Program-made: the position numbers and the translations under genes
The notes under the pieces: model-generated
Told to the model about the DNA's origin: nothing
Databases searched by the model: none
The model's input: only the letters and a program-made list of their open reading frames with translations
Shown here: positions 9,748-18,180 of the stretch, piece after piece
Position numbering within the stretch: position 1 is the first letter of the stretch
Layout of the letters: every line of letters starts with the position of its first letter
NCBI GenBank assembly: GCA_039935935.1
Contig: JBDTJI010000171.1
Coordinates: 1 to 56,482, forward strand
DNA from: Ginsengibacter sp.
GTDB taxonomy: Bacteria; Bacteroidota; Bacteroidia; Chitinophagales; Chitinophagaceae
Length of the DNA: 56,482 nucleotides
Direction of reading: 5' to 3'

Positions 9748-10203
9748 ATGTTTTCAAAAGCAACTGAGTATGCTCTAAGAGCAACAATTTTTATAGCAGA
9801 TAAGGGAACAATAGATAATAAAATAAGTATTGAGGAAATATCCAAAGCGATAGACTCTCCGCGACCCTTTACCGCAAAAATTTTACAATTACTTTCAAAA
9901 GGCAATGTAATAAGCTCTGCAAAAGGCCCCAAGGGCGGATTTTATATTACCCACCAATCAATGAAATTACCCGCCAAAGTAATTTTGGAGGCAATTGAAA
10001 AAGAAGATACACTTAACAGGTGTATTTTGGGATTGCACAACTGCTCCGAAACCAATCCATGCCCTATGCACTCCGAGTTCAAAACCATCAGAGCACAATT
10101 AAATAATCTTTTCCAAAAAAAGACGATTCAAAACCTGGCAGATACAATGAAGAAAAGCAATGTTTTCATTAATAATTCGAAAAACAAAAGTCTTGTAAAA
10201 TAA
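9748..10203 (+). CDS. Rrf2-family transcriptional regulator (probable Fe-S sensor)
   Basis: MFSKATEYALRA, SAKGPKGGF wing, C-x6-C-x5-C-PMH cluster. Confidence 0.92.
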   Translation: MFSKATEYALRATIFIADKGTIDNKISIEEISKAIDSPRPFTAKILQLLSKGNVISSAKGPKGGFYITHQSMKLPAKVILEAIEKEDTLNRCILGLHNCSETNPCPMHSEFKTIRAQLNNLFQKKTIQNLADTMKKSNVFINNSKNKSLVK

Positions 10204-10207
10204 AGCT

Positions 10208-12103
10208 TTATTTATCTTTTCCTATAGTCGTTATCAGATTGATCAATTGATTGCCCCGAACCAAAATCTTCAAGCCATGTCTCTTCAAAGAAATTGAAGG
10301 CTCTTTTTTTATAAAATTGTCGCTATCAGATTTATAGGCGGAAATAACATCCTTATAAGAAAGTATTCCAATTATTGTATTCTCTTTTGATGTGACGGGA
10401 AGCAAGTCTATATTTTCACTTGCCATTAATTCTACAGCCGTCCGAAGACTGTTGTCAATTCTTATCGAAACGTTATTTCTTTTTATCAATTGCCCTATCG
10501 ATATATCAGGTTTGTGATGATCGCTGAATAAATTGGAAGAGCTGATAATTCCCTTGAATTCATTTTTATTATTTACAATGATAAAATAATTACTGCTGTA
10601 CTCACTTTCTTTCTCAAGCCATTCACGTACCTCCTTAATTGTGTTTTCATCATTTAGTACTAAACCGTTTTCCTGCATCACACTACCAACGCTAATCGTT
10701 TCTAAAATGTCAGGCTCATATGAATCCGGAGTTTTTACTCCACGCCTGGTAATTTTTTCAGTCATAATCGTGTTTTCCATTATGAAGAATGAAATAATGT
10801 ATGAACCGATACATCCTGCTAAAACAGGTAGCAATGCGTTAGACTGGCCTGTAGCTTCTAATGCAAAAATTATGGAAGTAAGAAGCGCCCTTGAAGCGCC
10901 TGCAAACATAGCTGACATAGCTACCAAAGCGGCAAGAGATAATGTAATGCCCGACGCGGGGAAAAAGTAAAGAACTGCATTTCCCAGTAATATTCCTGCG
11001 GCGCCGCCAATGGTAAGTAGAGGCGCCAGGGTGCCTCCGGAAGTGCCGCTGCCTAATGCAACTGCCCATGAAATGAATTTCATAAAGCACAAGCCTAATA
11101 CTACATTTATAGTGAGACTGCCCGATAATACATCAGTAATATTTTCGTAACCCACACCAAGTGTTTTGGGAGAAAAGTAGCCTATAATTCCTACAAAAAG
11201 GCCCCCGATAGCAGGCCACCACATCCAATGTACCGGTAATTTTTCAAAACCATCTTCGATGAGGTAAACAATTTTAGTAACGAAAACTGAAAAAAATCCA
11301 ATCACTATTCCAAGGATACTATATACCAACAGCGCCGTGTTTGAAGGCATTGCAATTAAATGACCAACCGGAAATACAGGGCCCGCGCCGAAAAGAAAAT
11401 GATGTCCCGCAGCACCGGTAATGCAGGCTAATGCAACAGGTATTAAAGAACGGGGAGAAAATTCAAACAATAATAATTCTATGGCCAAAAATATTCCGGC
11501 AATGGGAGTGCCGAAAATAGCGGCCATACCAGCTGTGGCACCGGAAGCAAGAAGTATTTTCCGTTCATTATGGCTGATCTTCATTACTTGCCCAAGGGTA
11601 GAGCCTAATGCTCCGCCAGTTGCAATAATTGGGCCTTCCGCACCAAAAGGGCCTCCCGTTCCAATTGCAATGGCAGATGAAATGGGTTTAAGATAAGTTA
11701 TTGTAGGCTTTATTTTGCTTTGATTTGTCAATATTTGTTCCATTGCCTCCGGAATGCCGTGGCCACGAATGGCTTTAGAACCATACAACGCCATCAGACC
11801 CACGATAATGCCACCAATGGCAGGAATGAAAATAACCCATAGTCCTAAAGAATTGCCAGCGGGAGTGACATATTCAAAGGAAGCCTTGCCGTAAAAAGAA
11901 ACATTGGTAATGAAATACAGAAAATCCATTAAAAACCTGGCAATAATGCTGATGGAAATAGCTATAAGTATTGCTAGTAAAGCTATGGTAAGAAGCCGCT
12001 TTCTATTTTGAGTAATGTGCGGTCTTATATTTTCTGCTTCTAAGGTGGGTTTTAAAGAGATTGATATTGGGATGCCTCTGTTAAGAATATTATTCTTTAT
12101 CAT
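10208..12103 (-). CDS. ClC-family chloride channel/antiporter with C-terminal CBS domains
   Basis: GHGIPE, GAEGP, GTSGG signature motifs; CBS pair at the C-terminus. Confidence 0.92.
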   Translation of the reverse strand: MIKNNILNRGIPISISLKPTLEAENIRPHITQNRKRLLTIALLAILIAISISIIARFLMDFLYFITNVSFYGKASFEYVTPAGNSLGLWVIFIPAIGGIIVGLMALYGSKAIRGHGIPEAMEQILTNQSKIKPTITYLKPISSAIAIGTGGPFGAEGPIIATGGALGSTLGQVMKISHNERKILLASGATAGMAAIFGTPIAGIFLAIELLLFEFSPRSLIPVALACITGAAGHHFLFGAGPVFPVGHLIAMPSNTALLVYSILGIVIGFFSVFVTKIVYLIEDGFEKLPVHWMWWPAIGGLFVGIIGYFSPKTLGVGYENITDVLSGSLTINVVLGLCFMKFISWAVALGSGTSGGTLAPLLTIGGAAGILLGNAVLYFFPASGITLSLAALVAMSAMFAGASRALLTSIIFALEATGQSNALLPVLAGCIGSYIISFFIMENTIMTEKITRRGVKTPDSYEPDILETISVGSVMQENGLVLNDENTIKEVREWLEKESEYSSNYFIIVNNKNEFKGIISSSNLFSDHHKPDISIGQLIKRNNVSIRIDNSLRTAVELMASENIDLLPVTSKENTIIGILSYKDVISAYKSDSDNFIKKEPSISLKRHGLKILVRGNQLINLITTIGKDK

Positions 12104-12270
12104 TCAGAATACGAAATTATAATTAGATTATTTCGCGCAAAAGTAGGTGCTGGTATTTTAAATCCCAAATGCAATTTTGGGAGCTAATTGTGAATAGACA
12201 GTTGAATAGCTGTAAAGGATAGCTTATTCTAACTATGTAAAAAGGAAATAATTAATTTTTTTTGATAAAT

Positions 12271-12669
12271 TTAAATCAGGCTGTTGGCAGCATTTTTTCT
12301 GTAATGGGCTATTTTATACTGAAACATTTCTGCCATTTTATTTGCACGCCACATTGTTTCCTTGGCTACTTCTCCTGTAAATAATTCATCTAATGTTTTT
12401 GAAAATAAACTGAGCCATCTCTCGAAATGTTCTTTCTCAATCGGCAATTGTGCATGAGGAGGAAATGGGCTTCCATAATAGGTGTGTTCACCCAGCAAAA
12501 CTGTTTGCCAGAATGTATACATTTTTGCGAGATGCTGTTGCCAGCGATCCTGGATTCTTTCATTGAAAATAGGGCCAATCAGTTGGTCCTCCCTAACTTT
12601 CCCGTAAAAAGTATCAACTAACAGTTTTACATCTTCTAAGGATAATATGTCATTTTTCTCTTGTATCAA
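12271..12669 (-). CDS. Group III truncated hemoglobin (trHbP)
   Basis: LVDTFYGKVRED..IGPIF, HLAKMYTFW, PPH, HFERWL.LF. The TTG start at 12669 overlaps the upstream TGA (TTGA coupling). Confidence 0.9.
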   Translation of the reverse strand: MIQEKNDILSLEDVKLLVDTFYGKVREDQLIGPIFNERIQDRWQQHLAKMYTFWQTVLLGEHTYYGSPFPPHAQLPIEKEHFERWLSLFSKTLDELFTGEVAKETMWRANKMAEMFQYKIAHYRKNAANSLI

Positions 12670-13070
12670 TGCGCAAATAATTGTGTTATTAGATAATAAA
12701 TAGCCCACGCACCTATCAAAATATGCACGATCCATATCCAACCGGGAATACTACGTGGCACTTCACTACCCTCGATCAAAAACACTTTTTGATCTCCCTT
12801 CCCGTAAGCATTGATCATCATCGGTATTACTCCATCTACCACCTGGTTATCACTCAATCCTTCCACGGAAATATCAGGGCCGTTTCGCACAGTGAATGGG
12901 ATTCTACGAATACCTTCCTTTCCATTCGGGTCTTTACTTACTATCCGCAAATAATGTTCCCCATCCACCAGCTTACTGGTATCAAGCTCAAAGTTGATAG
13001 GTGATTTGAATGAACCTGCCGGCTGAGGATCATCGTCAATAAAAATAATGATAGAGCTTCTTTCTTCCAT
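12666..13070 (-). CDS. Hypothetical membrane-anchored beta-rich (Ig-like) protein of the oxidase operon
   Basis: FELDTSKLVDGEHYLRIVSKD Ig-like strand pattern and a C-terminal TM helix; operon position. Confidence 0.7.
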   Translation of the reverse strand: MEERSSIIIFIDDDPQPAGSFKSPINFELDTSKLVDGEHYLRIVSKDPNGKEGIRRIPFTVRNGPDISVEGLSDNQVVDGVIPMMINAYGKGDQKVFLIEGSEVPRSIPGWIWIVHILIGAWAIYYLITQLFAH

Positions 13071-13073
13071 ATT

Positions 13074-13331
13074 TTAAAAATTTAAAACATTCCTTTTAAT
13101 ATGGTTTGCTTCTTTTTCTCCAGGATTAATAATCCATTTAATGCTGTAAAAAAGCACTAAGATTACGATAATAAGCGTTACAATACCCGCTACATAATCC
13201 CAATTACTTTTTGGACCGGATCCATGCACGATACCTCTTAAAACTTTTGGCTGCTGTGCTTCACAAGCAGGGCAAGCCATTGCAGTAAAACCATACATAA
13301 TGATCGGTATCAATAATAATATTTTTTTCAT
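13074..13331 (-). CDS. Small membrane protein with signal peptide and N-terminal CxxC
   Basis: MKKILLL..AMA|CPAC followed by one TM helix; tightly spaced in the operon. Confidence 0.7.
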   Translation of the reverse strand: MKKILLLIPIIMYGFTAMACPACEAQQPKVLRGIVHGSGPKSNWDYVAGIVTLIIVILVLFYSIKWIINPGEKEANHIKRNVLNF

Positions 13332-13355
13332 AATTAACAATTTTTATAAAAAATT

Positions 13356-14363
13356 TTATTTCTTTTTCACAGCGTCCATTAGTTTCTGAATTTCATCAGT
13401 TGTTACCTTTTTTGCGTTATTTCCCCAAGTAGTTTTCTCATGATTCATAATGGCAGAAATCTCCGCTGCCGATAAATTATTAGTAGTTCCTATTGGAGGC
13501 ATCGGACCGAAACCTTCGGAGGCTCGACCATTATATCCATTCATTATAATGTTTACCATAATTTCAGCACTATCGCTCATAACAATATCGCTTCCTTTCA
13601 AGGGTGGAAAAGCACCTTTCAGTCCTTCCCCGTTTTCCTGGTGGCAAGCCTGGCAATTGGCGGTGTATAAGGCTACACCATCCAATTCAGCGGATGCAGA
13701 CCCTCCACCTTGCGCTACCTGTTTCACTTCTTTTTTATATAAGAATTCTTGGGGAAGTAAGCCGGTCGGTAATTTCACTTGTTTCAATGAAAAAAGGTAA
13801 GCCACTAAATCCAACGCTTGCTGCTTTGCCACTATTTTCCCTTTTCTGCCTCTCATATATTCGTCAGGCACATTGACTACCTTATCATTTTTACCCGGCT
13901 TTTCCTTGTATTCAAACATCCATTGATAAGCCGGCATGATAGATTGCTTTACTACAGAGCGAGGCTGATATAAATGTAATAATTGCCAGTCAATACTCGG
14001 TTGCCTTTCGCCAATATTAGTAAGATCGGGACCGGTACGTTCAGAACCCATAAGTGTCGCGGTATTTCTCCATACATCCATACGGTGATTAACGGCATAG
14101 TCGGCCGCAATGCTTGGGCGCGATCCCCACATTTTGTCCATATCCACATTTCGTACCTGTTGTGTATGGCAGGCTATGCATCCGTTGGCGATATAAATTT
14201 CTTTCCCTTTCAGAGCCGCTCCGGTTAATTGTTCAGCCCCCGGAAGTGGCGCGTTATTATCCTGAATATATAGAGCGGGGATGATTGCCATTAACAATGT
14301 TAAAGCCACGAAAAAGGTAATAGCCGCTAAAAAAAGTTTTTTATGATTATTAAAAAATTCCAT
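13356..14363 (-). CDS. ccoO: cbb3-type oxidase subunit II (CcoO-like) fused to a second cytochrome c domain
   Basis: N-terminal TM, CIACH + GSERTGPDL + SIMPAY (CcoO motifs), second heme site CQACH...GPMPP. Confidence 0.85.
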   Translation of the reverse strand: MEFFNNHKKLFLAAITFFVALTLLMAIIPALYIQDNNAPLPGAEQLTGAALKGKEIYIANGCIACHTQQVRNVDMDKMWGSRPSIAADYAVNHRMDVWRNTATLMGSERTGPDLTNIGERQPSIDWQLLHLYQPRSVVKQSIMPAYQWMFEYKEKPGKNDKVVNVPDEYMRGRKGKIVAKQQALDLVAYLFSLKQVKLPTGLLPQEFLYKKEVKQVAQGGGSASAELDGVALYTANCQACHQENGEGLKGAFPPLKGSDIVMSDSAEIMVNIIMNGYNGRASEGFGPMPPIGTTNNLSAAEISAIMNHEKTTWGNNAKKVTTDEIQKLMDAVKKK

Positions 14364-14400
14364 TTATATAAATTTTATCTTTTATTTATAAATCAGTATT

Positions 14401-16569
14401 TTAATGCACTTTTACTATTTCAGCATCAGATGTAATTTTTGAAATTGCTTCTGCGTTAATATTTATTGTTTTTGATGGCCTTATCATCTTATACATATTA
14501 TAAGCGAAAAACAAATGTGCTGTCCACATCAAAGTACCGCCAATGGCACGCCACAACCAATAAGGTGCCATTATGGAAACGGTGTCGATAAAAGGTACAT
14601 TGTTCATCCATGCGATACCTCTCAAAGTACCACCTATCATTAGTGGGATCGAATAAAACATTAGCCCGATAAACGACATCCAGAAATGAATTCCAACAGT
14701 AAGCTGCGGAGGCTCCCTGCGGGTAAGCCTTGGAACAATAGCATATATACCGCCCCACATAAAAAAGGCTACGATACCATACATTGTTAAATGGGAATGG
14801 GCCACCGTAAAATCAGTAAAGTGCCAATACAAATTGGCAGTTCTAAAAGCTTCGGCAGTGCCCTGCAACGATCCGGAAAAATAAAATATAGTACCTATCA
14901 AAAAAAAAGGAAGAGAATAACTACCACTTAATTTATGCCACGAACCTTTAAATGTCATGATGAAATTGGTACTACCCGCAACTACCGGGATGATCATTCC
15001 CATGCTGCCAACGATAGCTACCGTTTGTAATGACCAGGGAATAGGGCTGAAAACAAAATGATGCATCCCGATAACTGTATAAAATAATATCTGCGACCAA
15101 AACGCAAGAATACCCAGGCCATACGAATAAATCGGCTTGTTCAATTGCTGTGGTAAATAATAGTAAACCAATCCTAATGTAAGCATCATAAACCACATAC
15201 CCACACCCTGGTGCATATAATATCCCTGTGCTATGGTTTCGCCCAGGCCGTCCTGCCACAATGGAATATAACCGACCAGTGAAATAACGATTACAAACAT
15301 CAATGCCGCTACAATGTACCAGTTGGCAACATAAATCTCTTTTGTTTTTCGGGTAGCTATCGTTTTTAAAAAATTAATAAGCGTAAGTACTATAGCAATA
15401 CCGAATAGAAGCATAATAGGCCAGATGTATTCACGGTATTCGCCACCGCTATTATTAATGCCGGCCATGAGAGCGATTGTGCCTAAAGAAACACATGCGT
15501 TAATCAACCATAATGACCACCAGCCCAGTTTTACACTATATAGTTTATTATTGCCCACCCGCGGTATTACATAATAAGCAAGGCCCAGCATGGCCATCGA
15601 TGACCAACCCCAAAAAACTCCATTGGTATGAACAGGTCGCAATCTGCCAAAACTCAACCAGCTAAGGTGATCCGCATCAGGGGCTACGAATTTAATGCCT
15701 TCATATTCCCCCACCGATGTGAAAAATACGAGCCATATAGTAGCCCATATTAAATACCAAAGAACCAACTTTGCGAGCTCCGGATCCACTTCAGGACGTG
15801 CAATCCCTTTTCTTTTTTCTTCTATAAAACGTATGTTAGCGTGTTCATTTACATTTTTGATGATCCCCCTCTTATCTTCAGGTATTAATTCTCCCGAAAG
15901 CGCATTCTGCGCAATCTTATAATCCAACACTTTCTTTCTTTTCCTTAAGACGTCTGTAATATCCTCCTCCGGTATGCTTTTGAGATAATTAGTGATCCGC
16001 TCTGTTTCAGCCATAACTTTCTTAATTTTGTATCGCTTGGTTAGCCTCCGCACTTTTATAGTCATTAAAATAATAGCCACCAGTATTGGAATAAGAATCA
16101 GAATCAGGGTAATAATGATTCCACCATCACTAAAAATCGATCCACCTTTTGGAGCAACTTGTGCAAACGCAGACGTGCCGCATAAAAAAGAAGTTATCAA
16201 AAAAAACAAAGCGATCAAAGGAGAATTCGTATTGTCACTATTGTGATTGGGGTTTTTCATTTGCTTGTACTTTAAGTAAGTTTCGATTTCATCACGATTC
16301 AGTTTATTAATTATCTCTTGAAGATCTTTTTCATGGGTAATTTCCTTTTCCTTTTTCTTTTTCATACCCCTTAAGGCGCTGGATTTAAATGCAAGATAGA
16401 TCGCCGCAAAAAAAGTAGTAACCAATAAAAGTATCATAAGGGATAAAGCGCCTACACCCGTCCCGTCGGGTTGGGAGATAGTAGTATCTGACTGGGCAAA
16501 TAAAATTGCCGGAACAAGAAAGCTAAATGTGAGCGCTAAACATGCTTTTTTGCAAAATGGTAAAATCAT
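14401..16569 (-). CDS. ccoN: cbb3-type (C-family) heme-copper oxidase subunit I with an N-terminal extension of about 260 aa
   Basis: SFGRLRPVHTN, GEYRE, YYMHQGVG, FYTVIGMHH, VAHSHL: all six His ligands and the helix-VII Tyr are present. Confidence 0.87.
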   Translation of the reverse strand: MILPFCKKACLALTFSFLVPAILFAQSDTTISQPDGTGVGALSLMILLLVTTFFAAIYLAFKSSALRGMKKKKEKEITHEKDLQEIINKLNRDEIETYLKYKQMKNPNHNSDNTNSPLIALFFLITSFLCGTSAFAQVAPKGGSIFSDGGIIITLILILIPILVAIILMTIKVRRLTKRYKIKKVMAETERITNYLKSIPEEDITDVLRKRKKVLDYKIAQNALSGELIPEDKRGIIKNVNEHANIRFIEEKRKGIARPEVDPELAKLVLWYLIWATIWLVFFTSVGEYEGIKFVAPDADHLSWLSFGRLRPVHTNGVFWGWSSMAMLGLAYYVIPRVGNNKLYSVKLGWWSLWLINACVSLGTIALMAGINNSGGEYREYIWPIMLLFGIAIVLTLINFLKTIATRKTKEIYVANWYIVAALMFVIVISLVGYIPLWQDGLGETIAQGYYMHQGVGMWFMMLTLGLVYYYLPQQLNKPIYSYGLGILAFWSQILFYTVIGMHHFVFSPIPWSLQTVAIVGSMGMIIPVVAGSTNFIMTFKGSWHKLSGSYSLPFFLIGTIFYFSGSLQGTAEAFRTANLYWHFTDFTVAHSHLTMYGIVAFFMWGGIYAIVPRLTRREPPQLTVGIHFWMSFIGLMFYSIPLMIGGTLRGIAWMNNVPFIDTVSIMAPYWLWRAIGGTLMWTAHLFFAYNMYKMIRPSKTININAEAISKITSDAEIVKVH

Positions 16570-16690
16570 ATAAGGAAATATTTTTGCAGTGTATATTAAA
16601 AAAACAAAATAACATCGTATAATTCCCCGATAAAAATGTTTCAGAGAAACTCTTCTTTTTTTAATTCAGATTCAAATAATTTTATGTGCG

Positions 16691-16698
16691 CAAACTTA
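16691..16698 (-). promoter_or_regulatory. -7 promoter element (TAAGTTTG) of the oxidase operon
   Basis: Matches TAnnTTTG on the minus strand, about 120 nt upstream of the ccoN-like ATG. Confidence 0.6.
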
Positions 16699-16716
16699 TG
16701 ATAATTTCATATTAAA

Positions 16717-16734
16717 AAAGACAAATTTGTCTTT
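16717..16734. promoter_or_regulatory. 18-bp perfect palindrome AAAGACAAATTTGTCTTT, putative repressor operator
   Basis: Perfect inverted repeat lying over the expected -33 region of the promoter at 16691-16698. Confidence 0.6.
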
Positions 16735-16776
16735 CTTACGGGGTATATTTATTCCTATATCCGAAAAATATCCAGA

Positions 16777-17220
16777 TCAACGGGTAGGTTCATATACCTG
16801 TTGAGTAGAAACGGCGACCCTGTTCCAGGAGTTGATCATAACGATTTGCAAGATGATATGAGCCACGCCTCTCTCGCCAAAAAATTTGATTACCCGATTA
16901 TACGTTTCATCGGTTACCCCCTCTTTAGATATCAATGTTACTTCCTCGGTTAATTGTAATGCAGCTCTTTCTTCTTCGGTAAATAATGGGGAATCTCTCC
17001 ACGCAGTAATTGCGAAAATTCTTCTTGGTGTTTCACCAAGAAAAAGTGCTTCTTCAGTGTGAATATCTATGAAATAAGCGCAGCCGTTTATTTGCGATGC
17101 ACGTATTTTTATCAATTCGCGCAACAACTGGGGTATTTGAGAGTTCCTTACATAACTTTCCATGTTGACCATCGCTTTGTAAGTGTTCCTTTCTATTTCA
17201 CTGATATTTATTCTTTTCAT
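16777..17220 (-). CDS. Carboxymuconolactone decarboxylase/AhpD-family protein
   Basis: ELIKIRASQINGCAYF..H, WRDSPLFT.EERAAL, INSWNR. Confidence 0.9.
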   Translation of the reverse strand: MKRINISEIERNTYKAMVNMESYVRNSQIPQLLRELIKIRASQINGCAYFIDIHTEEALFLGETPRRIFAITAWRDSPLFTEEERAALQLTEEVTLISKEGVTDETYNRVIKFFGERGVAHIILQIVMINSWNRVAVSTQQVYEPTR

Positions 17221-17224
17221 GTTA

Positions 17225-18067
17225 TTATACCTTAATTAAATTTTTTAAATAATCCATAGAAACAGGATTTTGTGCCACCTCATTCATTCCATCACAGACC
17301 AACAATCTTTCAGCAACATTTTTCATGGCATTGATCGCAACTTTTAATAAACCGGGTCCCAGGCTCAGCCGTGCCACGCCTATTTCTTTTAGCTCGCTAA
17401 ATTCCGGAATGCCTGGGAGTAATAAAATATTAACAGATAAATCCACTTCTTTAATAATTTCGCAGATTGCAGTTTTATCTTTTAAAAAAATAGGATACAA
17501 GCCGTCTGCGCCTGCATCTTTATACGCTTTCCCTCTTTGTATGGTTTGCGATAACTTTTCTTCCCCGGATAAATCGTTTCCTTTTATATAAGCATCCGTT
17601 CTTGCATTGACGAAAAGTGACGCTCCCATCTCTTTTGAAATTTTTTTAATAAGAAAGATTTTCTCGCATTGATGTTCGATTGAAATTAGTTGTTGTTCGT
17701 AATGATGGCTGTCTTCAAAATTGATCCCGGCTATGCCAATATTAATCAGCTTTCTGATATTCTCGGCAAGATTAGAATTATTGGTTGCGTACCCGTTTTC
17801 TATATCTGCTGTTACTGGTACATTCACGCTTTTTACGATTCTTTGTAAAATGACCAATAAATCATTAAAAGGGATTTTTTCGCCATCCTGATAGCCATTG
17901 CTAAAAGCGGTTGCGCCGCTGGCAGTGGCGATCGCAGAGTAACCTATATCCTCCAGCATAGCAGCGCCTAAAGATTCCCATACGTTTGGAAGAACGAGCA
18001 GTTTGCCATTGTGATGAAGGTCATGCAAAATTTTCCCTTTAGAGGGCTGTATATTTTTTATGGGCAT
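17225..18067 (-). CDS. Isocitrate lyase/PEP mutase-family protein
   Basis: LVLPNVW, PVTADIENGY, GINFED, NARTD, AGADG. Confidence 0.9.
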   Translation of the reverse strand: MPIKNIQPSKGKILHDLHHNGKLLVLPNVWESLGAAMLEDIGYSAIATASGATAFSNGYQDGEKIPFNDLLVILQRIVKSVNVPVTADIENGYATNNSNLAENIRKLINIGIAGINFEDSHHYEQQLISIEHQCEKIFLIKKISKEMGASLFVNARTDAYIKGNDLSGEEKLSQTIQRGKAYKDAGADGLYPIFLKDKTAICEIIKEVDLSVNILLLPGIPEFSELKEIGVARLSLGPGLLKVAINAMKNVAERLLVCDGMNEVAQNPVSMDYLKNLIKV

Positions 18068-18180
18068 TTAAGATAATTTTTGTTCCAGCTGGTTAATTTA
18101 ATTCTTTTTATTTCTCGCGTAGTTCCTTGATTACCTTTACCATGAACCACGGGTTTATTTTGCTGTATGTTACCATCAGA

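Noticed and set aside
10178-10200. Degenerate copy of the 16717 palindrome at the end of the Rrf2 gene (AAAAACAAAAGTCTTG)
   Set aside because: Several mismatches, altered spacing, inside coding sequence and no promoter downstream.
12670-12741. N-terminal extension of the truncated hemoglobin given in the ORF track
   Set aside because: It overlaps the upstream gene; the TTG at 12669 coupled to the upstream stop gives a normal-length globin.
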